A stretch of DNA of 64,000 bases from a virus. The stretch lies in IMG/VR virus record IMGVR_UViG_3300045988_167206, positions 64,001-128,000 of that record. The stretch is one strand, 5' to 3'. Shown piece after piece: positions 1 to 8,019 of this stretch. Positions within the stretch are counted from its first letter, which is position 1; the number at the start of each line of letters is the position of its first letter. Under the pieces are notes generated by a model. The model saw nothing but the letters and a program-made list of their open reading frames with translations. It was not told the origin of the DNA and ran no database searches. The translations under genes and the position numbers were made by a program.

Positions 1-281
1 GTAGTAGTTACTTCGAATAATTTTGTATAATATCCAGTGCCTGTATTCTCGGAAAGAATATATTTATGTTTAAAATCAGATTTATTATTTAACTGAACAT
101 CCATTGCATATGTTAAGTCGCTCCATTTACTAGATCCGTCACCAACTTTATATCTTCCTTTGTTGTTTCCATTAGAAGTATAAGCGCATTCGCCTGTAAG
201 CAAAATAGGATTTTTAGAGATCCAATTAGCTTCTGTATCGCACCTATTTTTAATTCGAGTATTTAATGTGTTATTTGCCAT
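1..281 (-). CDS. tail fibre protein, N-terminal part only (gene runs off the left edge)
   Basis: ATG at 281-279 is preceded by GAGGAGGTG (286-294 on minus). Hand translation gives MANNTLNTRIKNRCDTEANWISKNPILLTGECAYTSNGNNKGRYKVGDGSSKWSDLTYAM... This parallels the N-terminus of the 773-aa fibre (MATKTLNTRISLKTDTTTNW...KFGDGVKTFKELTYATM). Confidence 0.6.
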   Translation of the reverse strand, partial: MANNTLNTRIKNRCDTEANWISKNPILLTGECAYTSNGNNKGRYKVGDGSSKWSDLTYAMDVQLNNKSDFKHKYILSENTGTGYYTKLFEVTT

Positions 282-324
282 TTTACACCTCCTCATTTAT
301 TCAAAAAATTGTATTCATTAACAT

Positions 325-360
325 TAAAAACTATAGCAGCCTTATGAAAACTGCTATAGT
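325..360 (-). terminator. Rho-independent terminator downstream of the 773-aa fibre gene
   Basis: 10-bp stem ACTATAGCAG/CTGCTATAGT (330-339 / 351-360), followed on the minus strand by TTTTT. Confidence 0.6.
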
Positions 361-492
361 TGGCTTTGTAAATCTATTCATCAGATATCTTAAGGATTAT
401 TGATTTTCAGATTCAATTTCATTTATAAATACATTTTCTAAATCAGAAACTAATAATTCCTCTAGACTAGAAACCTGACTTTTATTCGACAG

Positions 493-2814
493 TTATTCAG
501 CTCCACCGCAATTTAAAATAAGCGTATTCGCACCATTAATAATTGCGTCTGTACTTACAGAAGCTACGGTTGCGTTAAGCGTTACATTTCCAGTTCCATC
601 AAAGTTTACAGCAGTTGCAGTTACTCCACCTGTGATAGAGAATGCTCTTGCTGTAGAAAGTTTAACGGCAGAGTTTGCAGCACCGCCTACAGAACTTGAA
701 CCAGCATAGCTATGAGTATGGTTACTTGCAGCAGCTCCAATAGAAGCAAGAGTGATATCGGCAGATCCATCAAAAGATGCGTTACCAATCTTTCTTGCGG
801 TTGCTAATTTGGTTGCTGTGGCTGCGTTTCCTGTACAAGCCTTTGCAGTCTCAGCAGTTGTTGCTGTAGCTGCGTTGCCGGTACATTTTGAAGCGGTAGC
901 AGCATTTCCAGTGATAGAAATCCCCCATGTTCCTGATGCGCCACTACCAGTCTTAGTTACTGTATAGCCAGTGTAGTTTGCAGAATCAAGGAGTGTTCTC
1001 CAGGTTTTATCGATTCCGCCTGCATTACCATATCTATGATTTAAACTTCCACCATGTTCAGCCCAGATTTGATGAATTTCTGAGCTGCCATATGCCATAT
1101 TAAATAAGAAACCATAACGAGAAGGCTGTCCATTAAGTTCACCCTCTATATTATAATAATGAACACTATTATTTTTGCTTGCCCAGTTTGCTACAGTATC
1201 GTCAGCAATGGTTTTAATAGTGTTTTCACCACATGCGTTAAAACTTGTATGTCCATGACTGGAATTTGCTTTTCCTGCAAGTTTAGTATCCATTTCAGAT
1301 TCAGTATAATAACGATCATCGTGTGTGTGGCCGTTATTAGATTTTCCATCTAATGCTGCCTGTAATCCTGTTACGTTTGCAATAGTATGTGTATGTGAAG
1401 ACGGTGCAAAAGTGGAAGGTTTTCCAGTTACTTTATCCCAGGCTACGGCATTTGCAGAAGCAGCTGAACCTGTAATGTTTGCAGTAATTGTATTTGACTT
1501 CGGATTATATTTTAATGCATCATTGTAATCTCTTTTGGTTTCTGTTGTATTATTTGAGAACCATACATGACGAGCGGCATCTACAGTAGTATCTGCGACT
1601 GTACCAGAAACATTTGTAGCCGTTCCTGCAGAACCTGCATATTTAACACTTTTATTTGCGTCAGCTGTATTATCTACGTTACCTAAACCAACTTGATCTT
1701 TTGTGTGAGTATGAGTGCTTGGTGTAAATGTAGATGGTCTACCGCTTACATTTCCCCATGTCACATAATCAGCTACAGCTTTTGAAGTTGGGAGTTTTGT
1801 AGAAGTGGATCCAGAAGCGATAGTAGAGTCAATCTGTTTTGTGGCTGCTTCACCTAGTGTAATTGAACCTGTTTTAGCAGATGTTGTAAGATTGGTTGTA
1901 GTTGTAGAATAATTAACTGTTGTTACAGCTTCATCACCAGAAGGAACTACAAGCCATTTTGGATCTTTTGCCATTGCAACTACTAAGTCGCCAATTTTTG
2001 CTGTTACATCAGCGGCAGTATAAGAATTATTAGCAGGTACAGTAATCTGAGTAATTACCTTATATGTGTCACCGACTACCGCAGATGTTGGAAGAGTAGT
2101 TGAGGTACCATTTGTACCAATAGTACCTTTAAATACCATTGCGTCAGAAGCAGCAATACTTGAAGAGATTTTGCTATCTACATACTGTTTGGTCGCAGGA
2201 TGTAAATTAGCTGTAGGGTCAGCATTAAGAGTTACGGCTCCAGTAAATGTGCCACCTGCTTTTGGCATTGCATTATCTGCTTTTGTACCTTGAGCGGCGG
2301 TTGCATAAGCATTTGAAGCTGTGTAAGCAGCAGATCCAAGACCTTTAATTGCGACATCTGTAGCTGCACCAGTTCCAGTTGTGACAGAGATTGTACCATT
2401 TTTAGAACCTGTGGCTACTTTTCTTACGGCATTTGTAGCAAGTGTACCCTGTGCGGCTGTTGCATAATTACTTGTATTTGTATAAGCAGCACTGCCAAGA
2501 CCTTTAACAGCAATATTATCTGTAGTTTTGCCATCAACAGTTAATTTTACAGTACCATTGTTTGTACCTGTTGCAAGTGATACAGACTGGACAGCTCCAT
2601 CTGTAATAAGAGTGTTAATTTCGGCCGGAGTCATTGTGGCATATGTTAATTCTTTAAAAGTTTTAACACCATCACCAAATTTAATTTTGTAATCACCGGA
2701 TTCTGTAATTTCAAGAGCGGCTTCACCTTTTAATAAAACTAAGGTAGAAGTGGCCCAATTTGTGGTTGTATCTGTTTTAAGTGAGATACGAGTGTTTAAT
2801 GTCTTTGTAGCCAT
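493..2814 (-). CDS. tail fibre protein (773 aa) with HxH repeats
   Basis: The N-terminal fibre-anchor motif is shared with the neighbouring fibre. It has duplicated [VI]KGLGSAAYT..YATAAQGT.A.NA modules and five S/T-H-x-H motifs (STHTHT, SSHTHT, NGHTHD, SSHGHT, SNHTHS). It also has TGNAATA repeats. These are typical of trimeric phage fibres. Confidence 0.8.
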   Translation of the reverse strand: MATKTLNTRISLKTDTTTNWATSTLVLLKGEAALEITESGDYKIKFGDGVKTFKELTYATMTPAEINTLITDGAVQSVSLATGTNNGTVKLTVDGKTTDNIAVKGLGSAAYTNTSNYATAAQGTLATNAVRKVATGSKNGTISVTTGTGAATDVAIKGLGSAAYTASNAYATAAQGTKADNAMPKAGGTFTGAVTLNADPTANLHPATKQYVDSKISSSIAASDAMVFKGTIGTNGTSTTLPTSAVVGDTYKVITQITVPANNSYTAADVTAKIGDLVVAMAKDPKWLVVPSGDEAVTTVNYSTTTTNLTTSAKTGSITLGEAATKQIDSTIASGSTSTKLPTSKAVADYVTWGNVSGRPSTFTPSTHTHTKDQVGLGNVDNTADANKSVKYAGSAGTATNVSGTVADTTVDAARHVWFSNNTTETKRDYNDALKYNPKSNTITANITGSAASANAVAWDKVTGKPSTFAPSSHTHTIANVTGLQAALDGKSNNGHTHDDRYYTESEMDTKLAGKANSSHGHTSFNACGENTIKTIADDTVANWASKNNSVHYYNIEGELNGQPSRYGFLFNMAYGSSEIHQIWAEHGGSLNHRYGNAGGIDKTWRTLLDSANYTGYTVTKTGSGASGTWGISITGNAATASKCTGNAATATTAETAKACTGNAATATKLATARKIGNASFDGSADITLASIGAAASNHTHSYAGSSSVGGAANSAVKLSTARAFSITGGVTATAVNFDGTGNVTLNATVASVSTDAIINGANTLILNCGGAE

Positions 2815-2819
2815 TTACA

Positions 2820-3077
2820 TCATCCTTTCGCACTACCGCACTGCATTGTATATTCCGCATTTGGATCAAATGCAAGAGGGTAGTATTTAATATTATTATC
2901 ATCCCATCGATAAATTGCGTTTGTGGTTGTATCGATATAGATAGCCTCTGGTTCACCTACCGATGGAAAAAGAGTGTAAGAAGCATATGGGTGTATCTGG
3001 CTTTTGCTGTCAATGTATGTCTTGATATAGTTTATGACTTCTTCAAGACCACGAAAGTTTAAAAACTGTTCTTTCAT
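2820..3077 (-). CDS. small fibre-associated protein (85 aa)
   Basis: Lies immediately upstream of the 773-aa fibre gene. Contains FPSVGEPEAIYIDTTTNAIYRWDDNN.KYY, a motif I associate with phage fibre N-terminal modules. Function not established. Confidence 0.4.
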   Translation of the reverse strand: MKEQFLNFRGLEEVINYIKTYIDSKSQIHPYASYTLFPSVGEPEAIYIDTTTNAIYRWDDNNIKYYPLAFDPNAEYTMQCGSAKG

Positions 3078-3112
3078 TACCCATCATGTCCTTTCTTTGT
3101 TATTTATTTACA

Positions 3113-3149
3113 TAAAAAAAATAGACACCTTGCAATAGTGTCTATTTTA
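3113..3149 (-). terminator. strong Rho-independent terminator after the rep-tubRZ operon
   Basis: Stem ATAGACAC/GTGTCTAT (3121-3128 / 3138-3145). The minus-strand hairpin is followed by a T8 run, and T4 follows it on the plus strand. Confidence 0.75.
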
Positions 3150-3173
3150 AACATACGCTTATAAAATTTAAGT

Positions 3174-3941
3174 TTAAAGATTTACGAGATTTGTGTAATG
3201 AGCATCTAGAGTCATCACTGAATTGTATAATGTCGAAATAATAAAACCTTTCGGATTACTAATTTGCTTATCATAATTACGCAGTACATTAACAACGTAC
3301 TGAATATGAAACATTTTAACTTTTAAAAATGATGATTTTACAATATCAACTGAAATATCATTTCCGTTGATAGAAATATATTTCATATTGCTACATAATA
3401 CTTCAACCATAACATCTACGATATTGTCAACAAGCTTTTGATCAATCGAACCAACAAACACTGCATCGTAATCTATGTTTGTTCGTATAGTATTAATACA
3501 TATAGTATTATTATTTAAAGTATTATTATATATGGATGATTTTCCACTTGTGGAAGAACCAGCGGGTGGAAAAGCCACATGTGGAAAATCACCATCTGGC
3601 TCTACAGAACCCACATGTTGAAAATCCACATGTGGATCATCGCACACTTCATATTCATAGTAGAAACGTTTTGTTTCAATATCTTGAAATTTATATTGGA
3701 TCAAATATCCATGATCTTTCAATTCCCTCCATGCACCACGAAAAGAAGTTTCACCATCCGTAGATTTGCTTAATAAAAAATCTTTGTACAATGTAAAGCC
3801 ATCTAATGTAAGATATGACTCTATAATGGCAAGTAGCCCTTTAGCTTTAAGGGACAGTGTTTCGTCCCTTAAAGCCACGTTGCTTACCTGGGCATAGTAG
3901 GTTCTTTTCTTTCTGATCATGCCAGATTTTTTATCAGCCAT
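3174..3941 (-). CDS. RepA_N-like plasmid replication initiator (255 aa)
   Basis: The N-terminus YAQVSNVALRDETLSLKAKGLLAIIESYL...WRELKDHGYLIQYK fits a RepA_N-type winged-helix pattern. The C-terminal ISNPKGFIISTLYNSVMTLDAHY resembles the conserved tail of clostridial plasmid/ICE initiators. The central part carries iteron-like DNA repeats. Assigned from memory; no HMM was run. Confidence 0.55.
   Translation of the reverse strand: MADKKSGMIRKKRTYYAQVSNVALRDETLSLKAKGLLAIIESYLTLDGFTLYKDFLLSKSTDGETSFRGAWRELKDHGYLIQYKFQDIETKRFYYEYEVCDDPHVDFQHVGSVEPDGDFPHVAFPPAGSSTSGKSSIYNNTLNNNTICINTIRTNIDYDAVFVGSIDQKLVDNIVDVMVEVLCSNMKYISINGNDISVDIVKSSFLKVKMFHIQYVVNVLRNYDKQISNPKGFIISTLYNSVMTLDAHYTNLVNL
3544..3637. 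repeat. four iteron-like repeats inside the rep coding sequence (candidate origin)
   Basis: CCACTTGTGGAA (3544), CCACATGTGGAA (3575), CCACATGTTGAA (3611) and CCACATGTGGAT (3626). The core CCACATGTGG is a perfect 10-bp palindrome. Confidence 0.6.
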
Positions 3942-3949
3942 TTTCTCAC

Positions 3950-5005
3950 CTACTTATTTTTCATTTGCATTAATCGTTCTCTAGCAGATAATGGTTTCTT
4001 TTCTGGTATGGATCCAGAAATACTAATAGAATAGTCATCTTTGAATAATGTTTGAGTTTGAGTAGATTTCAAATCTTCCTCTATTTTCTTTTTATCATCT
4101 TGAATAGATTCGTACAGTTTATTGATGGTAGTTGCAGGATATTGAAGGCCACTCATAAATATCAAATTTGTTTTAGTTTGATATCCAACAAATAAATCTC
4201 TCCAATATCCAAATTGAAGCTGCAGTTCTGTAGTGTTGATTGAAATAGTTTTTCTTGTGTTGGAACTCTTGATTCCACAATAATACAAAGGATTACGAGA
4301 TTCAATATCACAAAATATGTTGTCTGTAACTGCCTTCTTTAGATCTGCTGTAATGTCAGATTGGTTTGGCTTTCTTGAAAATGTGTTCAAAATCCCATAT
4401 CCTGAACATTCTAACATAGAACAGATTTCACTATAATCATAAATGCCGTCTATAGAAGTAGAAACATCGGAAACGAGAGAATAGACAACTTCAGCCAAAA
4501 TCTCATTACTTTTCGAATAATTAAGTTCCTTATTATTATCTACGATAAAAATAGTGTGCTTTGCAGTTTCAATTAATTCCCTCAATGCTTCATAAGCATT
4601 TGTTTTAGCCTGAAGCGATTCTGAAAAATTAGGTATTGTAACTACCGGGATCACAATCTTATTTAATTCGGATTCAATAAGCTCTGTTAATAAAGCGCAC
4701 ATTCCGGAAAATGTTCCTCCACCAATAGATCCAAATACAAAAATATATCTGCCAGTTAAATGGCGTTCAATATATTTCAATATGTCTTCATAATTATTTG
4801 CTAAATAATTTTTAGAAACATTTCTATCTTTGTGGCAGCCATTTGCACCTTCCAGATGATAATAATGAATATTATCTGTGCCTAGACTCTGCAGGTCTTC
4901 CAGTGCGCTATTAATATAAAAACTATTTACTCCATATTTTTTAAATGCAGCAACTTGATTCCCTCCGCAAGCACCAACACCGAGGAACGAAAAATTATTT
5001 TTCAT
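3950..5005 (-). CDS. tubZ: TubZ-like tubulin/FtsZ-family segregation GTPase (351 aa)
   Basis: FLGVGACGGNQ is a T1-type GxGxxGGN loop, and FGSIGGGTFSGM is a tubulin-signature-like GGGTxSG. GGAGGT lies 7 nt upstream of the ATG. The start overlaps the upstream 90-aa wHTH gene by 11 nt. Confidence 0.8.
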   Translation of the reverse strand: MKNNFSFLGVGACGGNQVAAFKKYGVNSFYINSALEDLQSLGTDNIHYYHLEGANGCHKDRNVSKNYLANNYEDILKYIERHLTGRYIFVFGSIGGGTFSGMCALLTELIESELNKIVIPVVTIPNFSESLQAKTNAYEALRELIETAKHTIFIVDNNKELNYSKSNEILAEVVYSLVSDVSTSIDGIYDYSEICSMLECSGYGILNTFSRKPNQSDITADLKKAVTDNIFCDIESRNPLYYCGIKSSNTRKTISINTTELQLQFGYWRDLFVGYQTKTNLIFMSGLQYPATTINKLYESIQDDKKKIEEDLKSTQTQTLFKDDYSISISGSIPEKKPLSARERLMQMKNK

Positions 5006-5267
5006 CTTGATTACCTCCGACTATTTCAATTCCAGATTTTGTAATGTAATACATTTTTTCTCTGCCATCGGTTCCAGATTGACAAATCAAATTATTTGCG
5101 ATCATGAAATTGATATGTTTCCAGACAGTGCTTCTGGTCACATTTGTAATTTCCATCTCTTTAATTGTTAATCCGAAAATAGCAGAAGTAGCACCACTTT
5201 TAAATAGAGTTGTCAAAATCAAATAATCAGTTCGGCTAAGTTCTGCAGAGTGCTTATCTGTTCTCAA
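4995..5267 (-). CDS. tubR: TubR-like winged-helix DNA-binding protein (90 aa)
   Basis: Small wHTH pattern (LTIKEMEITNVTRSTVWKHINFMIANNLI...GREKMYYITKSGIEIV). It is the first gene of the operon, directly upstream of and overlapping tubZ. TTG start with GAGGTG 6 nt upstream. Confidence 0.6.
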   Translation of the reverse strand: MRTDKHSAELSRTDYLILTTLFKSGATSAIFGLTIKEMEITNVTRSTVWKHINFMIANNLICQSGTDGREKMYYITKSGIEIVGGNQDEK

Positions 5268-5331
5268 AATTTCTCACCTCTTTCTAAGTATTCTTATAAG
5301 TTGATATGGTTTCACAAGTGTTCGTAATTAG

Positions 5332-5360
5332 ATTATAATTAATATTGTTCAAAAAGTCAA
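5332..5360 (-). promoter_or_regulatory. near-consensus sigma-A-type promoter for tubR-tubZ-rep
   Basis: On the minus strand: TTGACT (5360-5355), a 17-nt spacer, then TATAAT (5337-5332). This lies about 65 nt upstream of the tubR start. Confidence 0.6.
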
Positions 5361-5421
5361 CAAAATGATTAATATATAATCAAAAAGTTTAAAACAAAAA
5401 CAACTAATAAGAATATTAATA

Positions 5422-5430
5422 TGATATAAT
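5422..5430 (+). promoter_or_regulatory. extended -10 promoter candidate for the plus-strand HTH gene
   Basis: TGATATAAT (TG-n-TATAAT) about 24 nt upstream of the ATG at 5454. The -35 element is weak. Confidence 0.4.
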
Positions 5431-5453
5431 GTAAATACCAGAGGTGATGAAAT

Positions 5454-5657
5454 ATGAAGATATCATACGAGAATTTATTTTTATACTTTTTTAAGAATAA
5501 TATAAATATGCTTGAGGCATCTAAAAAAAGTGGTGTAAGCAGAAATACACTTATGAAAATGAAAAAAAACGAACCAGTTCATTTAAATGTTATTCTCGCG
5601 ATTTGCGAGGCATATGATTTGGATTTATTTGATGTGGTAGAAATAGTAAGAGAGTAG
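5454..5657 (+). CDS. small XRE/Cro-like HTH regulator (67 aa)
   Basis: MLEASKKSGVSRNTLMKMKKNEP is a classic helix-turn-helix. GAGGTGATGAAAT lies before the ATG. The gene is divergent from tubR. Confidence 0.65.
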   Translation: MKISYENLFLYFFKNNINMLEASKKSGVSRNTLMKMKKNEPVHLNVILAICEAYDLDLFDVVEIVRE

Positions 5658-5698
5658 AAGAATTATCTTATTAAGTTCTTCTGATTTACTATTTTTTT
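5656..5698 (+). terminator. weak terminator-like hairpin between convergent genes
   Basis: Stem AGAAGAA/TTCTTCT (5656-5662 / 5676-5682) with a 13-nt loop. The T7 run starts only 9 nt later. Confidence 0.3.
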
Positions 5699-5753
5699 AT
5701 CTGAATCTCATATTTTTGTTATTTAGATACTAGGAAAATTTTCTCCCACAGAT

Positions 5754-6827
5754 TTAATTTGTAGCAAACAGTCCTTTAATAGATGCTGATGGAATAGCTT
5801 CGTATCCTTCACCAACAAGTCCCTGAAGATTTTTAATAGCAGTAGCATTTGCTGCAATTTTAGGTTTTTCTGTTGCCATATCAGTTTCAAGAGTTTTGAC
5901 TTTTCCTTCAACTGTCGTTACTCTACCTGAAACAGCTGTAATATTATCTGCGTTTGTTTTATCAGCAGCTTCAAGTGTTGGAATTTTCTTTTCTAAAGTA
6001 TCAATTCTTCCAACTGCGGCTGTTAAATCTTTAGCTTTTGCATACTGACTCAAATCAGAATCAGCAAGAGCTTTTGATACATATTCTGCAATGTAACCTA
6101 CAATATCTTTAGATGTAGCTGTGTCTGGAAGAGTACCGATAAGAGTTTTCAGTTTAGTGATATCTTCTTTATTAGTCTTGATCTGGCTGTTCATTCCAGC
6201 AGCGTCAGATGCATGACTTGAAATCCAGTCAGAAATTTCCTTTAAAGTGTCATAGGCTTCTGGAGCACCATTAACAATAGAAGCAACAGCATCAGATACC
6301 GCTTTCTTTACAGAACCATCGCCAGTACCATTTAATGTTGCAATAGCTGTTGTATTCTTGTTTACTTCCGCTTTTAATGCAGTATCATCATAATGACCAG
6401 CTGTTACAGCTTCTTTAATATAAGATACTACATCTTTGGATTTTGCACCTGCTGGAATAGTACCAACATAAGTCATTACTTCACCTTTTGCTTTTGTAGC
6501 AGATCCTGCCACATCAAAATCTGTAACTGACTTTCCAGAATCAATTAAATTACCATTTGCATCAAGCCCCGCAAGGTGGCCATTAACCGCACCAGTTACT
6601 TTGTCAGCTTTTCCACCATCTTTAGGGAGAGTAATAGTAAACACAGCATCTTCGGTTGTAACAGGAGCAGTTTTTGTGTAAAAATACAGTGTAAATCCGT
6701 CAGTTGACTGAGAAACAGTCTTAATAGAGCTTTTTACTGCTTCAGATATCTTTGAGTCGATTTGCACATTATGAAGTGATAAAAACTCTGTAAGATTAGA
6801 AAGTGTAGCGAATTGTAATTTAGCCAT
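5754..6827 (-). CDS. tail fibre / fibre-like coiled-coil protein (357 aa from the preferred start)
   Basis: The preferred start is MAKLQF at 6827, with GGAGG 7 nt upstream; the ORF track starts 6 codons earlier. NGAPEAYDTLKEISDWI is a motif typical of phage fibres, and the sequence has long heptad-like segments. Confidence 0.65.
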   Translation of the reverse strand: MAKLQFATLSNLTEFLSLHNVQIDSKISEAVKSSIKTVSQSTDGFTLYFYTKTAPVTTEDAVFTITLPKDGGKADKVTGAVNGHLAGLDANGNLIDSGKSVTDFDVAGSATKAKGEVMTYVGTIPAGAKSKDVVSYIKEAVTAGHYDDTALKAEVNKNTTAIATLNGTGDGSVKKAVSDAVASIVNGAPEAYDTLKEISDWISSHASDAAGMNSQIKTNKEDITKLKTLIGTLPDTATSKDIVGYIAEYVSKALADSDLSQYAKAKDLTAAVGRIDTLEKKIPTLEAADKTNADNITAVSGRVTTVEGKVKTLETDMATEKPKIAANATAIKNLQGLVGEGYEAIPSASIKGLFATN

Positions 6828-6845
6828 AATAGCTTCCTCCTTCAA

Positions 6846-7715
6846 TTAGTTAAAAATATTTGTTAATTCTTCAGTGGAAATACCACTGATTTTTTTATCT
6901 AAAGCACTATCCAGTTTTGCATCTAATTGCTGATCAATAATATTTGATACAGTTTCCTGAATTGTTTCAAGGACAAATTTCTTTGCATTTTCAGCAGACA
7001 TATAATTTTGTTCGGCAATCCAGTTTTCAGTAATATATTTATCAGTACGATATGTTCCGTCTGTTTGCAAAAAATATAGAACAATTGAGGTTCCTTGCAT
7101 TTTTGTAACAGTCATTTTTCCATGTAGTTCTGGATCATGAGAAACAAAAAATAGAATATCTTCGGCAGAAGATTGAATAGCAGGTTTAGATTGGCTAATA
7201 ATATATTGGCCTTTAATTTTATATATACCATCTTCAAGAGATGAAATATAAACAGGAGCATTAAGTGAACCTATCAAATTTTCAATTGGTTTGTCAGATA
7301 ATTTATTATACGAAAGACTATTAATATAATCTACAACAGTATCTTTATCTTCAAGATTGCCAACAATATCATCGAGCAATTTTGTAACATCGACAGCTTT
7401 AATATATTGATCAAGTCCAATTGATGTTTTTACCTGTTCGATAATATGCTGTGCATCTTCATCTGTCATACTCATATCAAATGAATAGAGTAATTTTCCA
7501 TTGGAGTAAAACATAAAGTTTGATCCAACAAATTTAATATCCGTAATCTGATTGGTCCCATATATATAATGTATTTTGTTGTCTTGAGAAATCCAAGCCA
7601 GAGATTTTGTATCCTGAATAAAACACATGCCAGGATATTTTAATATTCCTCTATCAAGAGCTTTCTCAGCTATAGCTTTTGTTGAGGCAGAAAACCAAGA
7701 TGGGATTAATGCCAT
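6846..7715 (-). CDS. hypothetical tail/fibre-module protein (289 aa)
   Basis: Long ORF tightly packed between fibre genes. No motif recognised. Confidence 0.45.
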   Translation of the reverse strand: MALIPSWFSASTKAIAEKALDRGILKYPGMCFIQDTKSLAWISQDNKIHYIYGTNQITDIKFVGSNFMFYSNGKLLYSFDMSMTDEDAQHIIEQVKTSIGLDQYIKAVDVTKLLDDIVGNLEDKDTVVDYINSLSYNKLSDKPIENLIGSLNAPVYISSLEDGIYKIKGQYIISQSKPAIQSSAEDILFFVSHDPELHGKMTVTKMQGTSIVLYFLQTDGTYRTDKYITENWIAEQNYMSAENAKKFVLETIQETVSNIIDQQLDAKLDSALDKKISGISTEELTNIFN

Positions 7716-7722
7716 TTTGTGA

Positions 7723-7971
7723 TCACCTCGCTTTGCTTAATTCATCATATTCAAGTTTTGTAATTTCAATTATTTCATATTCATAGCTATCAGGCGGGAA
7801 ATCATATAGACCTTCAATGTGCCAGCCATGCATCCCGTCCGAACTAAGAATAGCTTCTGCTTCCTGAATATTACACAGAAGCAATAAGTTATTTTTTTCT
7901 TGATATTTTATATAGAAAATATTTTTAAGAATATCTATGATTTTATTATCTTTTAATACTTTATAATACAT
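7723..7971 (-). CDS. hypothetical protein (82 aa)
   Basis: ORF in the operon context downstream of the giant protein. No motif recognised. Confidence 0.4.
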   Translation of the reverse strand: MYYKVLKDNKIIDILKNIFYIKYQEKNNLLLLCNIQEAEAILSSDGMHGWHIEGLYDFPPDSYEYEIIEITKLEYDELSKAR

Positions 7972-8019
7972 TTGGCACCTCTTTAAATAGGCAAGGACAT
8001 TTCTGTCCTTACCTTAATA

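Noticed and set aside
397-492. A 31-codon open frame continuing in-frame after the TAA stop of the 773-aa fibre gene (LSNKSQVSSLEELLVSDLENVFINEIESENQ). This could suggest stop-codon readthrough.
   Set aside because: It has no start codon of its own, and TAA readthrough is rare. My rough estimate is that 31 stop-free codons arise by chance several percent of the time in such AT-rich DNA. There is no supporting signal.
752-2293. Plus-strand ORFs (752-967, 1159-1353, 1325-1528, 2066-2293) antisense to the 773-aa fibre gene, and the many similar 60-110-aa antisense or out-of-frame ORFs inside other large genes. Examples are 8904-9449, 11272-11547, 22916-30872, 38732-39772 and 56186-56838.
   Set aside because: They lie wholly within long, well-supported genes and lack SD sequences. 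Their compositions are mirror images of the sense frame (for example Ala/Val/Pro runs opposite Gly/Ala/Thr repeats). They were treated as shadow ORFs.
3174-3941. The 255-aa protein downstream of tubZ as a TubY-like modulator (as in phage c-st).
   Set aside because: I cannot recall the TubY sequence well enough to compare. The N- and C-terminal patterns and the internal iterons fit a RepA_N-type initiator better. TubY is kept only as an untested alternative.
5723-5911. A 62-aa ORF overlapping the 3' end of the 5754-6827 fibre gene on the same strand.
   Set aside because: It is out of frame within a better-supported gene. It has no SD and a low-complexity Leu/Lys composition.
1-7000. A diversity-generating retroelement or invertible shufflon acting on the fibre genes, because the fibre N-termini resemble Mtd-type anchors.
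   Set aside because: No reverse transcriptase, template/variable repeat pair, or invertase/recombinase gene is present in the window.
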